NCBI GenBank assembly: GCA_002633005.1
Contig: NMRA01000396.1
Span: 50,615 to 114,614 of the forward strand
Direction: 5' to 3'
DNA: 64,000 nt
Source of the DNA: Phoronis australis
Taxonomy: Eukaryota > Animalia > Phoronida
The notes beneath the pieces were generated by a model that was given only the letters and a program-made list of their open reading frames with translations, searched no databases and had not been told where the DNA came from. Position 1 is the first letter of the stretch; every line of letters begins with the position of its first letter. Positions 13,395 through 26,800 of the stretch are shown piece by piece. The translations under genes were made by a program, and so were the position numbers.

Positions 13395-14621
13395 CTGAAA
13401 ACAGCACACGTTATCCTAAGCTCAGTGGTTGCGTTTGTTTATCTCAATGTGATGTTCTGGTGTTCATAACTACAAACAATTATGGTATGATATAGCTTTT
13501 GGACGCGTTTTCCTTATGCGGGAATAAATTGAAATGTACATGAATGTGGATAGGCAATTGATACCTTGCAAATCCTATCCAAAACACTTGCCATTCAATA
13601 TAATCAAAATACGCCTTAAAATAAAATTGCCGAGTCTCCACCCTCGACCTCAACTAGTCCACTTGCTCATTGGCTAATTTTGAATTTTGACCTAACATCG
13701 CGTACTGTCTCAAAATTTGGTATGCGTCAATTGCGCCCTTCAGGATAACTCAATCCATTTTGATTGTAACGAGACATGACATCTTTAACGTCAATGTCAG
13801 CAATCCAACAATGTGCAACACTCAAGCAGGCGTTGTTAAGTTCAGTAGCATATTTTATATATGCCGCGGCTTGACACTTAAAGGTGACTTGTACCCGGTT
13901 CACATGCTGACTATATAGCTGACGCTTCCGCTAGCACTTCCGCTAGCAGCTAAAACCGAACTAATGCGAACGGTCGCAAGGGTCGCTTTTACTAGCGCTT
14001 TGCTGAAGGTTTGATATACCTAAAAACGATGTGATTTTTAATAACATTGTTGCATCAGGAGCGCCAAAGGCAACAAACGAGGTGAAAGGCTTTAGTTCTA
14101 CTGCGATTCAATTGGCAGCGATTCGGATGGTCAGGAAGCCAGCTACTGCTAGCGAAAAATCCTTCGTGAGCAGCTCGTTATTTGGCTAATGCTAGCGATT
14201 GTGCAATGATATAAAACAGGAAACCAGAATACGCGCCAAAATAAATCACAACAATCGAATTCGCCATCGAATGAAAAGCATTGTCCAAAACCCAAGTACA
14301 CATAATCGATTAAGTACCTGCGGGGTTGGGGCTCAATATGTTTTGAAAGCACTTAAATTAATAGGTAAAATCATACTATGCCGATTTCTCATGCGCAATA
14401 CGTGTACCTTAAGTGTGATTGCCATTTCTTTGCAGATTTTGTATTATGAAAAACACTCCATAATAAAACTTTGAAATATTTAATCGTGTCAATACTGATG
14501 GGGTCTGCTGTAGGCGTAAGTTTATATCTATTGATCCAAACACATGCAGGAATGAAAGATTTTTCGACATTGTCACGATATATGTTCGCAGCGTATATGT
14601 AAAATGTTTCGACGTAGTTAC

Positions 14622-14696
14622 CATCACACGCCTGCTCTTTAGAGCTATCACAGATAGGAGAACTCCTCTCTGTAGGTGGTGGTTTTGGCTGAGCAT
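14622..14696 (-). CDS. GPCR-1 coding exon 2 (75 nt)
   Basis: tttctttttcag|AT...GATG|gtaact, encoding DAQPKPPPTERSSPICDSSKEQACD. Phase 1-1, frame-compatible with exon 3, homologous to 60987-61073 (C..SKEQAC). Confidence 0.88.
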
Positions 14697-15589
14697 CTGA
14701 AAAAGAAACAACACGGAGCTCTGGCATAATCACTAATCGTGGCAGCTTCCTACACGTATATCTAAATCCGCAACAGCCCCTCTCTTTTTCAAACAAACAG
14801 TTGTAAAAGCTTATGTTTCTACATGTACCAACAATGCGAAATGCATATTCATTTAGGGCTAAATATGAAAGTGAACAAGAATTGTGAATAGAGCGACCAA
14901 CTAGGGAAATATTTTGGAAGTCCCTTAAGAACAGTATATTTGCCTTCCCGGAGGATAAATACGTCGTGTAATTCGTTCTTCAAGCAGTGGATAACATACA
15001 GTACTTGCATGAACCACGACGCAACCGTCTTCTCCTCCCATTGGTTCACTGCTTTTTGTATTCGAGTTCTTCAGCAGCAAAAGCAGTTTAGTTTAAATAT
15101 TTTGACGTTGAAAACATTGTCACAAAATTTTGCATGTACACCCGCTTGTTCTCAAAGGCTTTATACATATACGAAAAAGACACACAACAATAGCGTGCTT
15201 GACCACTTTTTCGACCTGGATTTGGCGCTCAGCAAGTTAACACTGCAGATGTGAACAAACAAAACTCTCTCGACGCGTTGAAAGCGTATGTAGTTGGGCA
15301 AATCATACATGTACACTGCACGTACATGTAGACGGCCAACACTAAAACGACGTCATCTTGAATTTTTCATGAACAAACGTGTACCTTACATTCATCTACT
15401 GAACACACTATGACATTTGTTCAAACACAACTAAGTTAGTTAGGGATCGAATCCTTCTTGGCATGATCACTAGGACCTGTCATCTCTCGGAGTCTTTCTG
15501 TAGGGGCTACACGTACTTGGTAGGTAAAGTGTATTGCGTGATAGTTATTACATGAACGTTAGGACCATTCAAGTCAAAATTCCATTTTA

Positions 15590-16270
15590 AGTAAGGTGCA
15601 TCCATTAAAAACCCTTGGTCGATTTTAATGAAACCATTTTTAAATGAAATCTTCACAATTTAACTTAAAAAATGCTGAAATGAATTTCGATTTCTTATTT
15701 TGATTTTTTTCTATGCCAAAGAGACTCGCAAAAAGTAAGGCATTTTTTAAAATAGCAGTCGTATTCGCCAATCTTACGCTACCAAAAAAACTCTAAAAGT
15801 TGTTATTAAAATGCCGTATAAATATTAAAACTAGAATGTTTCAGTCAAAATTATGGTGTCGCTTTTGAGAACTCATGTTCCAATGTTGAAATTTAGTCGA
15901 TTTGCAGAAGCCAAGAAAAAAGAAAGCGTCACAAGTCGGAAAAGGTGATGCTTATTGCTTACATGTACATGTAATATCTTGAACATCCAATCGCCATGTC
16001 AACTGAATTTGTAGAGCCTTAATCAACTTAATTAACTTAATTCTCTATAATTTTATCAAGCCACTTCACAATGAATCGAAGGAATCTTGGGTTGGAGAGG
16101 GGTTTGTACCTCATAACTAAAGAAAGCGTTCCTATATTAGATTTTCACTTTCTAAAGCTTATAACAATTGCATATCGCCGAATCTTACTAAATAAGCTCA
16201 TATTTTGGGAAATAGTTGAGGAATTTTGAATTTTAAATAGAAATCAATGGCTTTTTGATTTCCCGCCGCG
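15590..16270. repeat. Interspersed repeat fragment; related copy at ~19390-19730
   Basis: Shared strings aaatt(t/a)agtcgatttgc(a/t)gaa and tgtcaactgaattt...aattaactta in both places. Family not identified. Confidence 0.45.
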
Positions 16271-18235
16271 TGATGTCACCAGTAGAAGACAATGATCAGT
16301 TGAAAGTACATTTGCAATTACAGATTTGTAAGTAAGGAAGACATAGAGAGCGAGCTTGATGAGTATTATGAAGACAGGTATTTAGATGGGATTGAAGGCG
16401 ATACGCAGGCCACACGTATTGAGTTAGACCTCGACATATCAACAGAGTTTGAATGTGTGTTTGGGGCCGCACGGTACTCGATTCTACCTCATGAGGGTCT
16501 TCGGCGATTGAAGCCGAGTCAGAACCTACAGTACTCAATCTGCGGACATTCCTGATTTCAGAATGGAAATTAACGCTATCCATTGAACCACGCTTTAATT
16601 TTCTGTCAATTAGTTCGTGTGTCCTAAAGTTAACCGAAAGTTATACCCTGACTGTCAAGGTCTAGTCGCGAATAGTGGACGCTGATTTCATTTCTCCGAA
16701 TGCCGAGTGCATTAGCTTGGAGCAGTGATGTCTAATTGTTGTGATGCTAACTACTTATAGTTTCTGGTAAATGTCATTCGTTTTTTCTTTTCTGTTCCAA
16801 AACTATGGGAGTTATGTAGCCTTGTGATTAGTCGATTATTTCGGTTCAGTGTCCGACTAAAGCCTCAGTCTGTAATGTACGTACACATGCCAGTTTCTGT
16901 TAGGTGTTAGCATGTATTCCCACAAAATCTCGAACAATAGAGTGATGGAAACTTACTGTATTATCTCAGTCGTTATTTGATGCTGATGCTCGTACTAAAC
17001 ATGCGTCTAAAAACTTCATTCCCAGCAATGGATAAAAATAAACCTTCATCAAATTTTTGCCACGGATCGAAGCACAATTTCCCAAAATGGGCTAGGCACA
17101 GCGTGGTCCCTGAACGTTATCGCTTGCTACCCTGTACTGCCATGCCCATGACCGACGCACGAACTTGCACCACTTCTGGACAATCTTAGGGTCTTTTGAA
17201 AACGCAAAAACTGAATCATTGTCTGTCCGATTGCTACTTCTGCACCCTCTGCACATGAATTTTTTCAAAATACTCTGTCGAACTCAGTTTGCGAGACCAC
17301 CAAGGCTCGCGGCTGGAAACCGGATCCAACTCTGGGGTCACACAACATTTTAATGGTTAAATTTTTGCGTTTATTTCTTGATTAAAAGAACACAGATTGA
17401 AAAAAAATCACTAAAATTGTAGGTAACCGAACTCACGAATTAATGACCATGTTGTGAAGTTAGGTAAACACGACACTTGCCGAAGCAGGTGCCGAGGAGA
17501 CTGAAAGAAACCAAGTTCAAAATATATAGAACAAAAGTCGAGCACCTGTGATAAAAGCACACCGTGAGCTCGGGATCGAAACAACAAAACGTCAGATTAA
17601 CGGTAACAGTGGAATAATTTGGGTTACGATCTATCTTGCTGTGTTCAAGCTATGCCAGACGCGGTCCAATCGTCCAAATGTTATCAAATAATAGTGATAT
17701 GTACCGTACAAGTCAACCTGCACCAAAAAAAGTCATGCCTTTGTTTTCCGCCGCATCTTATGCTATGCGCGCCTTGTTAACTCGCCGGTCTAAATTGGCA
17801 AATCGGTGAATGGACCGAATCGTCGTAACAAGCAAAGCAGGGATTCCATTTGAGTAACAGCTCCGTAACATTGACCTTGGATCACAAGTGAGCAAATTTC
17901 CCCGCAGTTCAAAGTGGTTCAAAAAAGCTTTTTTTCTGTCTCACTGTACGGTATCTATTTGATACTTGAAGTTTTCCGAGAATGAAGATAAGGGATTTTT
18001 GCTAGATATATGTGTAATATCGTACAAACTGGCAAGTTTGTGAATAAGGTATCGTTAAGGGACACAGATCTTTTAAAAATGTTATTATAGGCCGCATGAT
18101 GCAAAAACCATATGATTTATATGAAAGCTGATGGTTTTTACTAAAACAATATCAATGTACTGATTTATTGCAGCACAAGTGCCATTTTATTGTTTCCAAA
18201 CTATTGTAGTTGCCCTAAACAAAAGACACACTTAC

Positions 18236-18290
18236 CAAGAATATGAAGTGAGCCGTATAACAAAACTGTGGAAAGCACCAAAGTTCTCAT
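18236..18290 (-). CDS. GPCR-1 coding exon 1, signal peptide (full exon 18236-18335 including 5'UTR)
   Basis: ATG at 18290 gives MRTLVLSTVLLYGSLHIL + G|gtaagt (55 nt, phase 1). Acceptor taattttcag at 18336. Same length and LSTVL motif as the GPCR-2 exon. The spliced CDS is 2301 nt (766 aa). Confidence 0.85.
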
Positions 18291-20707
18291 AGCAGAACGT
18301 AGGCAGACCAAAGACAAAGCTAATCAGTTCGTAACCTGAAAATTACATTGCAAATTAGTTTCTGTCTCAGCATACTCTTTGGTCCATTCTATAGTCTACA
18401 AACACAATTCAATCTTCAAATTAGGCAGAGAATTCTGAAATGGAAAAGGAACTCATGGTGAATTTATGTTATCTTAGTTAAATATACGTTTTGAAAATTT
18501 CCGTTTTAACTTTCCATAATAATCTGCGTTACAGATAAAATACTCAACCCCGCTGTCGGTTGAATCAGTCACCAAAAAACAAACAGTGACTTTACTCGTT
18601 TACTTTCAACGCCAATGGCAGTGAAATGGAAAACGAGAAACTATTATTCATAAATCAATTCACATTAATCATTTGCACACAGAACTTGCACAAATGAAGT
18701 AATTTACTCATAGATAGAACGCTTGGAAATATCTATAATCATAAAAACCAATCTTACAATAAAGATAATTTGCATCTTGATTAGCAGCGTCAAAGTTATA
18801 ATTTCCATACATGTACATACGCGATGATAAGGCAAAAAATTGCAGCATTCAGCAATCAAATAGTTGTTTACTTTCAATAATCAGGGAAGCTACAGTGGAA
18901 AGGGGGAATCAACTGAATTAAATACGATACCATAGCAGTGCCAATTGAAGTAATTAGCTTGGGAAAATAAAATGAAAATATATCTAACCTGCACTAGTAT
19001 AAATTAGTACTTGTACGCAATTGGTTGACCAAAAATTAGTAACATTTCGAAATGCGTCTTCCATGTCCAGAACATGGAATGGATAGAAGTCCACGAAAAC
19101 GAAGAGGGAGAATTTGACCGACCGTGTCACAAACAGTTCTGAATGTGTGACGTGTACACATGTACGTTTAGCAAAACTCTTTCCCCGGTTCTGAGCCTAC
19201 ACTGTATATGTAAGCTTAAACTTATCTCAAACCTTATTTAGTGGCCTTCGTTCTAACTCTTATATCAAAAAACTAGACTTTGTTGTCAACTAGTACAAGT
19301 ATATAATTTCTCAAAGAAAAGAGCCAAGGTAATGAAGAATGTCAACTAGCTAAGTATGAAGTATTTATATAAAAATAGCTGTAGTATACATCTTTGTTAC
19401 ATTACACAAAAACTAGGCCTTTATATCATAAATGCTAACTGCATCAATGTTAAAACATTGATAAATAAATATTGAGTTTTGGAAGTTTCAGTGAAATCAA
19501 CCGAGCCGTTTTCGAGAATTTGTGCTCCTAAGTTCAAATTAAGTCGATTTGCTGAAACCGAAAACATCTTATTAAGTTGTTAACGGTCGGTGAAAATCTC
19601 AAACCTTTCGTTTATTACTTCGGTGAAAAAAAATCGGTTTTTGATCACTAGTATAACGTTGTTCGCAATTTCAACATTCGTGCCCATTGTCAACTGAATT
19701 TTCAATGTGTAATTAACTTATTTTTCACAAAAATGTTTCAATAGCGAAGTTGATTTCCAGAGCATTGAAGTTATGGGGGGGGGAGAGACAACATATTAAA
19801 TGGGTTCAGTTTGTGCATCATGGTTCACTTTAAGGAAGGCCAACAATCCATTGTCATACAAAAACGTGCAAAAAGACTACCTGAAACACAGGTACGAGGT
19901 GTAAAACGGATATTAACACAATGTTTTAAGTACTTCGTGAGCATGAGATCGAAACAACGAAATCACCAATTACCTATCAAATTAACGACTGCGTGTGAGG
20001 ATTTATCTCTTTTCACCACTGGCTGTGTTCGTGTACACAAAGTCACAGAGGCGTGGGTATACAGCAAAGTGTAAAAAATGACTCTTGAAATTAATATTAA
20101 AAGTTGCGATAATAACGGTAAACATTTGGATAGTTTTTATTTCAGGCCTAGAACGTCAATTAAAATGCATTTTTTGTTGCCACGTGTCCAGTACTTGTTG
20201 TTATTGCTCAGTAAAAAATACAGTGACTGAAAGTTTCTAGTTGACAGTAGTACGCCTAACATTATTTAGCGTACATATTTTTGATGGTGACAGTTTCTTT
20301 GCTCTTAGACTGTTTGTCTGTATTAGAGTTATCATCAACGTTTTAGTGCAGATGGTAACTTTAGCAAGTGTTACCTAACATATCTGTGGCAGTTATAGTG
20401 TTCAATAAAGAATGTCCTACCTGCACATGTTTGAATGCAGGCATACGTTTCCTAACCTGGATGTTCATGTTAAATAAACAAAGGCGTGACGTTTTACACA
20501 AGGAGAGACTTTTTATTTCCACGCCAGTTATGAGAAACATCGCTTTTGTTTTTGTAGGAACTTCAAAATCAACGCATGCATAAATATGCTCCTCATAAAG
20601 GAGACTATGCATTTATGTACATGTACATGTATACGGTTGAATCATACTGACCGCTATCTGAATAAAATCATTGTTTCATTTAAGCTCCAACTGTTTTGAT
20701 TTCACTG

Positions 20708-21138
20708 CCGGGTTGCATGAAAAGTCCCAACAAAGCACTCAAATAAGTTCCCTAAAGTTTTTGCCTATCTGTGTCTGTGTTTACTGAAAAATGTAATATT
20801 TTTCTATCATTGCATCTTTATTATGAACTCCTCATCGACTTGCGACAATTTCTAATAGAATAACTAAAAAGTGAGCTCTGAATTCAATGAAAATATGTAG
20901 GGACTTAGTTCATAAGTTAGGAGCGTTGCATGAAACTATCCTTAAACATTTTCAATAATATTGAGAATTCAACGCCGAGTTCACTCTCGATTTGTATCAA
21001 AGCCAAAAATTGACTTAGTAATGAAACTACAACACCATAAGGACCGACAATCAGTGTTTTCACAAGAGTCCACAAATACGCAGGTGATTTAGGGAACTTA
21101 GCCGAGTCCCTATTTGGGACTGTTTCATGCAACCGGCC
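20708..21138. mobile_element. MITE with ~50-bp imperfect TIRs
   Basis: gccgggttgcatgaaaagtcccaa...taagttccctaaa at the left and tttagggaacttag...ttgggactgtttcatgcaaccggc at the right. Single matching ends occur at ~30760-30809 and ~32480-32530. Confidence 0.75.
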
Positions 21139-21863
21139 AATGATCTCTCCCAACAATCATGCATTTTTACGTTTAGTGGTACAGACCATTATCGATCTCT
21201 GTCACCCGACTGTAGTATCGTGAACATGTCAAATAACGTCGTATGGAGGTGGCTAGGTATAGTTTAATTTGCGGGGTTCATGGGACGGGTGTAAGTGGGT
21301 CAAAAGGTTATTGCCTATGGGACACTTCCATTGTTTTCTTTTGTTGCGTCTTTGTTAGATATAACCGTACAGATCGCGTGGATATCTTACCTTGTGCGCA
21401 CATCAGCCCGTTACCCGATAAATGCCTATCCATCTATATCTATACGATGAGCTGGGGACCTAGCTTCCCGCCGGAACTGTCTTAGGAACGGTTTAGTGAT
21501 AATAAACGAAACGTCGATTGAGACAAGGCCTTTGTTTGCGTATATGAGAGTTATCTAACAAAGACACTTTTTGTTTTTAATTGGCTAAACAACAAGCTGG
21601 TCCCTACGTTTTATTTTTTGTCTAGTCCGTCTGCGAAGTATCACTGGGTAAATCGGTTTATGTCTAAAGCACTGTGTTGTTTCAAGAGAATGACCGTGGT
21701 TTGGTGGCAATACCTGTGGATTTAAAGCTGCCGTACTCACAATTCAAGTGACAATAAATGCATTTCTTTTTCACTTAGGCCCAAGATATGTCGTTTAGAC
21801 TCACAAACGGGAGATTAAAACGGAATTTTAATCTTTAAATCAAAGTAAACACATTTTTAAAGA

Positions 21864-22900
21864 ATTTATTAACATTTATAAAACAGTACAAAAACAAACC
21901 AACAAACAAATAAGTACACCCATTCATTCACTCGTGCAAACCTCAGGAGAGATCATTCTCGTATATCGCATGAAGCTATGAATTCTATATGGAGTTAACA
22001 TGAACAATGAAATTTCCCCATTTCGCATAGAAGCTGTCATATACGCATGATTTTCTATTTAACATTTTGCTTCTACTAGCTAACCAGTACATTTACAAGG
22101 AGAGGTGTCACAAAAATATACGTAATTTTCTCAAACTCGTTACAAAAACTTATGAATACTATAATGCTGAAAAATTAAATGCACATATAAACTTTCTATA
22201 TGACAGCTTCTCTGCGAAATGGGAAAATTTTTATTGTTCATGTTAACTTCATGTAGAAGATATTTACTTTCAACGAGATATGAGAATGGTCTTCCTGAGG
22301 TGTGCATGCGTGAATGAATAGTGTACTTATTTGTTTGTTTGTTTTTGTAATTGTTTGTAAATGATAATAAATACACAAAAAATATAAAAAATTTTTATAT
22401 GCAATTAATTTCTCAGCATTATGGTTCTCATAAGTATATGTAATAAACCTTTGAAAATTAGGTATATTTTTGTGACATCTCTCCTTCTAAATGTACTGTT
22501 TGGCTATTAGAACCAAAACGTTAAAAGAAAATCAAGCGGCTCGTAAAGTCTAAGAATAACTCAATCGTAAGAGAGACTGTTGGGAAGCTGAATGCGAGAC
22601 TTTTGAATTAGCTTCCCGATTTCCTATTGTTTTCTGATTAAGATGTTTATGTAATTACGAAAATAAACTGATTTGACAATTAGAAACTACATGTAAACTT
22701 GTAAGAAATTATTATGCTTCACTGAACTTGGTTGCATATAGGCTGACTTTGGGAACATTCGATCTACTTTTAGATCCCCAAATGGCAAGGTACGTGTATA
22801 CCAAACGATTTTTGTCTGTCTGAAAGGAGTCTCAAGGATAACGATGAATTTCGGAAGCTCTACAAAGTGTTCCAAAATGTTCCCACAATTCAAATGACAA
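21864..22900. mobile_element. Nested L1/Tx1-like LINE 3' ends: plus copy 22044-~22381 inside a minus copy of the same family
   Basis: The plus copy encodes FNILLLLANQYIYKERC...AEK...FSAKWENF* followed by aataaa and an A-rich tail. 21864-22043 is the inverse of 22197-22372, and 22044-22192 is the inverse of 22393-22537. Confidence 0.75.
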
Positions 22901-23706
22901 TATAATATTGTACAAGTAGTTTAAATTCACAAGCTGCAAATTAAAAAGAAGTTTAAATCCTTAAATAAATAAAAATAAACTCATAGCTCGTTATCTTGGA
23001 AAGGTTGTCTTTGCACTTCTTCTATGTTTTCAGTTTCCAGTAGTGTTAAAACGACGAAACACGATTATGTTTACGAAATTGATTAGCAGATAGCATATCA
23101 ATGAAACGTAGCTGAAGTGACAGAATTGCATCAACAAGCATGGTTTGAAAATGCGATTAGACAAACAGGAATTGACAATACAAAATACCATTGAAGTGAA
23201 GACTTAGCATTGTGTTTTTGTGATAGAGGATGGACCACATGTAAATAAAACGAAGTTGTTGAGTTGACATCCAATTCACGAAATGGCTTAAAATAGATGA
23301 AATGAAGCAGTTGAGTTGACGTCAGATTTATGAAATGACGTTGGATTTGCAGCATCATAAGATTGAGTTTATTTTCTTAAATTGAGTTCCGACAGTAGCA
23401 ATTTTTTTCCTTTTGTCCCTCTCTCTTCGGAGATCGAAAATTACAGGAAAAACACATTAGAAGTAAAGGAGTTGCAACTTAATGAACAGAAAACTGGAAA
23501 TGGAAGTAGTTTTAATAAAAAGTGGATGGCTTTGCATTGGATTACCTTGTGCGGGACACTATATCATGTGAAATATCCATCACGTTCAAATGTACATGTA
23601 CACGTTTATTCGTCTTCGGCCACAGATAACTGACCCATAGGGATAAGCCAAACTAATCGACACTCGACGATACAGCAATTTTCTTGATCGAAGTAACGCT
23701 ACTCAC

Positions 23707-23844
23707 CTTGCCGAGTTTGGCAGACACTTGGCTGCTGGGATAAACAGATGACAAAGAGAGCACCACCAAAGACCTTGAACCTTACTTTCCCATCGCAGAA
23801 TCTACAGAAATGTCGACCAAATTTGTTTTCAGGCTGCTTTTATA
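23707..23844 (-). promoter_or_regulatory. Candidate TATA promoter and first exon upstream of GPCR-1
   Basis: Minus-strand TATAAAAG at 23844-23837 and a strong donor AAG|gtgagt at 23707/23706. The GPCR-1 ATG exon starts with an acceptor, so an upstream exon is implied. The link between them is inferred. Confidence 0.4.
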
Positions 23845-26800
23845 AGACGCATGTCACGTGCACCATTTATCACTTAGACGATGATCATCGATTGCGTTCA
23901 AACCTACTGCTTATCCATACTTAGTCAAAAATACGGGTAATCAGCTCTATTATATAACCCAACATGGATAAAAAACTGACAAATATTTTACCGGCGGGAC
24001 ATGGTGACATGTGTGGAAAAATTGCAAGGTCTTCAATTGAGTCAAATACATTTTTAAGGAATTCAACTAAACGTTTCGAGCCAGACTTGCAGCTGGATAA
24101 ATGGGGCTATTCGACGCCATCGCTACCGTATTAGTGGTGATTGAATTGCGCATGCGTCACGGTCTGCATATAAACAGCTTGTAAAAAGACGCAATTGTTA
24201 TCCAAATACGTCGTCGCACTCCGCCTTATTATTGCTATTTTCCCGGGTGCAAATCTTCGACAGATGGTCAAAAATTCGAAAAAACTAAGGTTACTACAGG
24301 CGTGGAGAACTGCCGTCATAATTGTCAACCAAATAACAAAAAGTGGTATTTGTGTGCTCTTTGCATTTCCACTGAGAGACTACATAACCACGTTACTTGG
24401 TAAGTTTTTAACAATTAAGTTTCTATCGAAATCGCTCAGTGATGTTATCCCCACCAGTTACCCCACTCAATAACGGTTTATACAATGGAACTAAGTGTTT
24501 CTCTTCAGAAACTCACCCGGGACCCAGATTTTAGGGTAGCAGCACATATACACATATTGTCCTGGGTGGGAGTGCGCCCAATAAAAAAGGTGTAGGGGAG
24601 GTGCATTTCAGAAGTCAAGGGTGACTTTTTCACAGCAGTTACTTTGCAAAACTATGCTATGTCCAATAAAACTCTCTAGAGTGAGTTTCCTTATTTTATG
24701 GCTGACCCCACTCTTAGGACTATCTGATTATAGTTACCAAATTAACATGAATGAACTATTCAGAAAATTCGCAAAAGTGCATTGGAATAAGTATTGACAC
24801 CTAGAATGAATTTTATTTGATGAGATCAGAAACACATTTTTGGTGTCATGAAAAATACACGTTGTTAAATCACTTTTAGCCTGTTTCACATATTTTAATT
24901 CAGATCTTAAATAAGGTTTGGGTACAGAGATTTTTTAGTTTTAACATATGAACATTAAGATGAAACTTCAAGTATGTTCTGCCTTACAAAAGTAGTTTTG
25001 TCTTTTGTTTTCTTTTTTAATTTGATATTTCTCTGTTACAGGTGAGAGAAAACGACTGAAACCAGCCGCCTTACAGTATATTTTACCTCTCAACAAAGTG
25101 AAAAGCAGTCCCTCAGCAATAACTTGAGGGAATTGAACCTCTCAATTCAGAAAGTCAGCCCTTGATATCCCTGATTATGGACTCCATCGCATTAGGAAAA
25201 TAGCAACTGTTTTTAACAAATAGTGTTGTTCCGTTGTATGTATATGGTTGTTCAATTTGTCATCTTGTGCATAGCAGATTCTTATCCAGCCAGTTACGAT
25301 TGAAAATATACTTTGCTTCCATGTTGAACTTTTATTATAGAAAATTCAACACGCAACTTTAAACTGTTCAAAGGTCTTCTTAAGAAAGCTCAAAAATATT
25401 TTCACAGATAGACAAATCAAATGCAATCAAAGGGAATACGTCGTTTTGATCGCCAGATATTAATAGGTCAACAGGAAAATGACAAATTTCAAGCGTAATC
25501 GGTAATCATACTTCTGCTTTATAAAGAAGCACTACAACTGGAATGCATGGGGCTTTAAAACTGAAGAAATATTGTGGTTTGAATAATTAGCGAAAAACAT
25601 GCCAGACGATGACAAATTTATTCGATCATCAAAGTGTAGCATTAACGGGCTTTTTATTGAAAATAAGACAATTGATGCAGTCCGTGAATGTCATTTCCAC
25701 ATAAAGCGTACCAAGTTGAACAGTTTTTACCATTAGTATAAGGCCTTTCTTCTGAAAGGCAAAGTTAATGTCACTCAATGAGAAAAGACTGGTATTTATA
25801 CCAGACGTTTTTGGTTTGTATGTCACTGGGATCGAATGTCAATGGTCTATGGAAGCGCTTGTAAAAAAGGTCAAGTTTCGGCACATGGCTTTCCTTCATG
25901 TAACCTCATTCAGCCTCAGTGAAGTCCAAAATTAGATCCTTGAAGGTAAACACAACATTATACCACTTGAATCGCTTTGTGCCCAAAATCTGAACATGAA
26001 CTAGACCTGAGTATTACTAGGTTTTCTTTTGGTTCAGTCTGTCATGTTTCTTCCAGGAAAAAAATATGACATTGTTGTTTACTCAAGACTCATTGCCTCT
26101 GAATGTGCGTCCTTATCAACGCCGATTACCGATTCATGGGTCTTTCAAGCACACATCTGGTCTAAGGCTGAGGGAACCGTTTATCAGGTTTTTTGTTATT
26201 TTTCTACTAAAGGATATGAAAACTTGGCTTGGGTTACTTAGAAATGTTGGATAATCTTTCTATTGTTTAAGAGTAATAAAAAATCCTATGGCATCACTGT
26301 TTGCGTTTTGGCAGTAAGAATATGTTCAAACATGACCTCACTCGTACAGCACACATCACGAATTTTTGGCCGACCGGTCGGAAATTGGTCGACGACCGGC
26401 CGTCGACCGGTCGTCTAGCCGACCAGCAGCCGACCAACAACGGTCGGCTAGGAGCCGTCTACTGAGTCGCCTCTGTGGTCGGCACTTGGGTCGGCAATGT
26501 GGTCGCCTAGCGTAGACGACCAATTCGGATTAAGCGTGTCCTTGGTCGGCAATTACCATTTTATGACTTAACGAGTGAACTTTGGCCAAACAAACATTTT
26601 ACTGTTCGCTGTTCGTTCACCGCTGGCAACTCAGGTCTTGACATCGGTTTATAAACTTTGGTTCAACTATTGAAAGGAAATAAAATCGAATCAACCTACA
26701 AATACGAAGTGCGTGACATTACACCAGCCTAAAACCTTATGTTGAATTAACGACGGCGTGGTAAAATCAAACGTTAAGTGATATCGCGGAAGTATAATTT

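Noticed and set aside
13395-13407. GTG starts given by the ORF track for the two GPCRs (13407 and 59464)
   Set aside because: They overlap intron acceptor sequence. True ATGs lie in upstream exons.
16296-16780. 95-aa minus ORF in a GPCR-1 intron
   Set aside because: No recognisable gene. At most a faint resemblance to a decayed L2-type LINE C-terminus.
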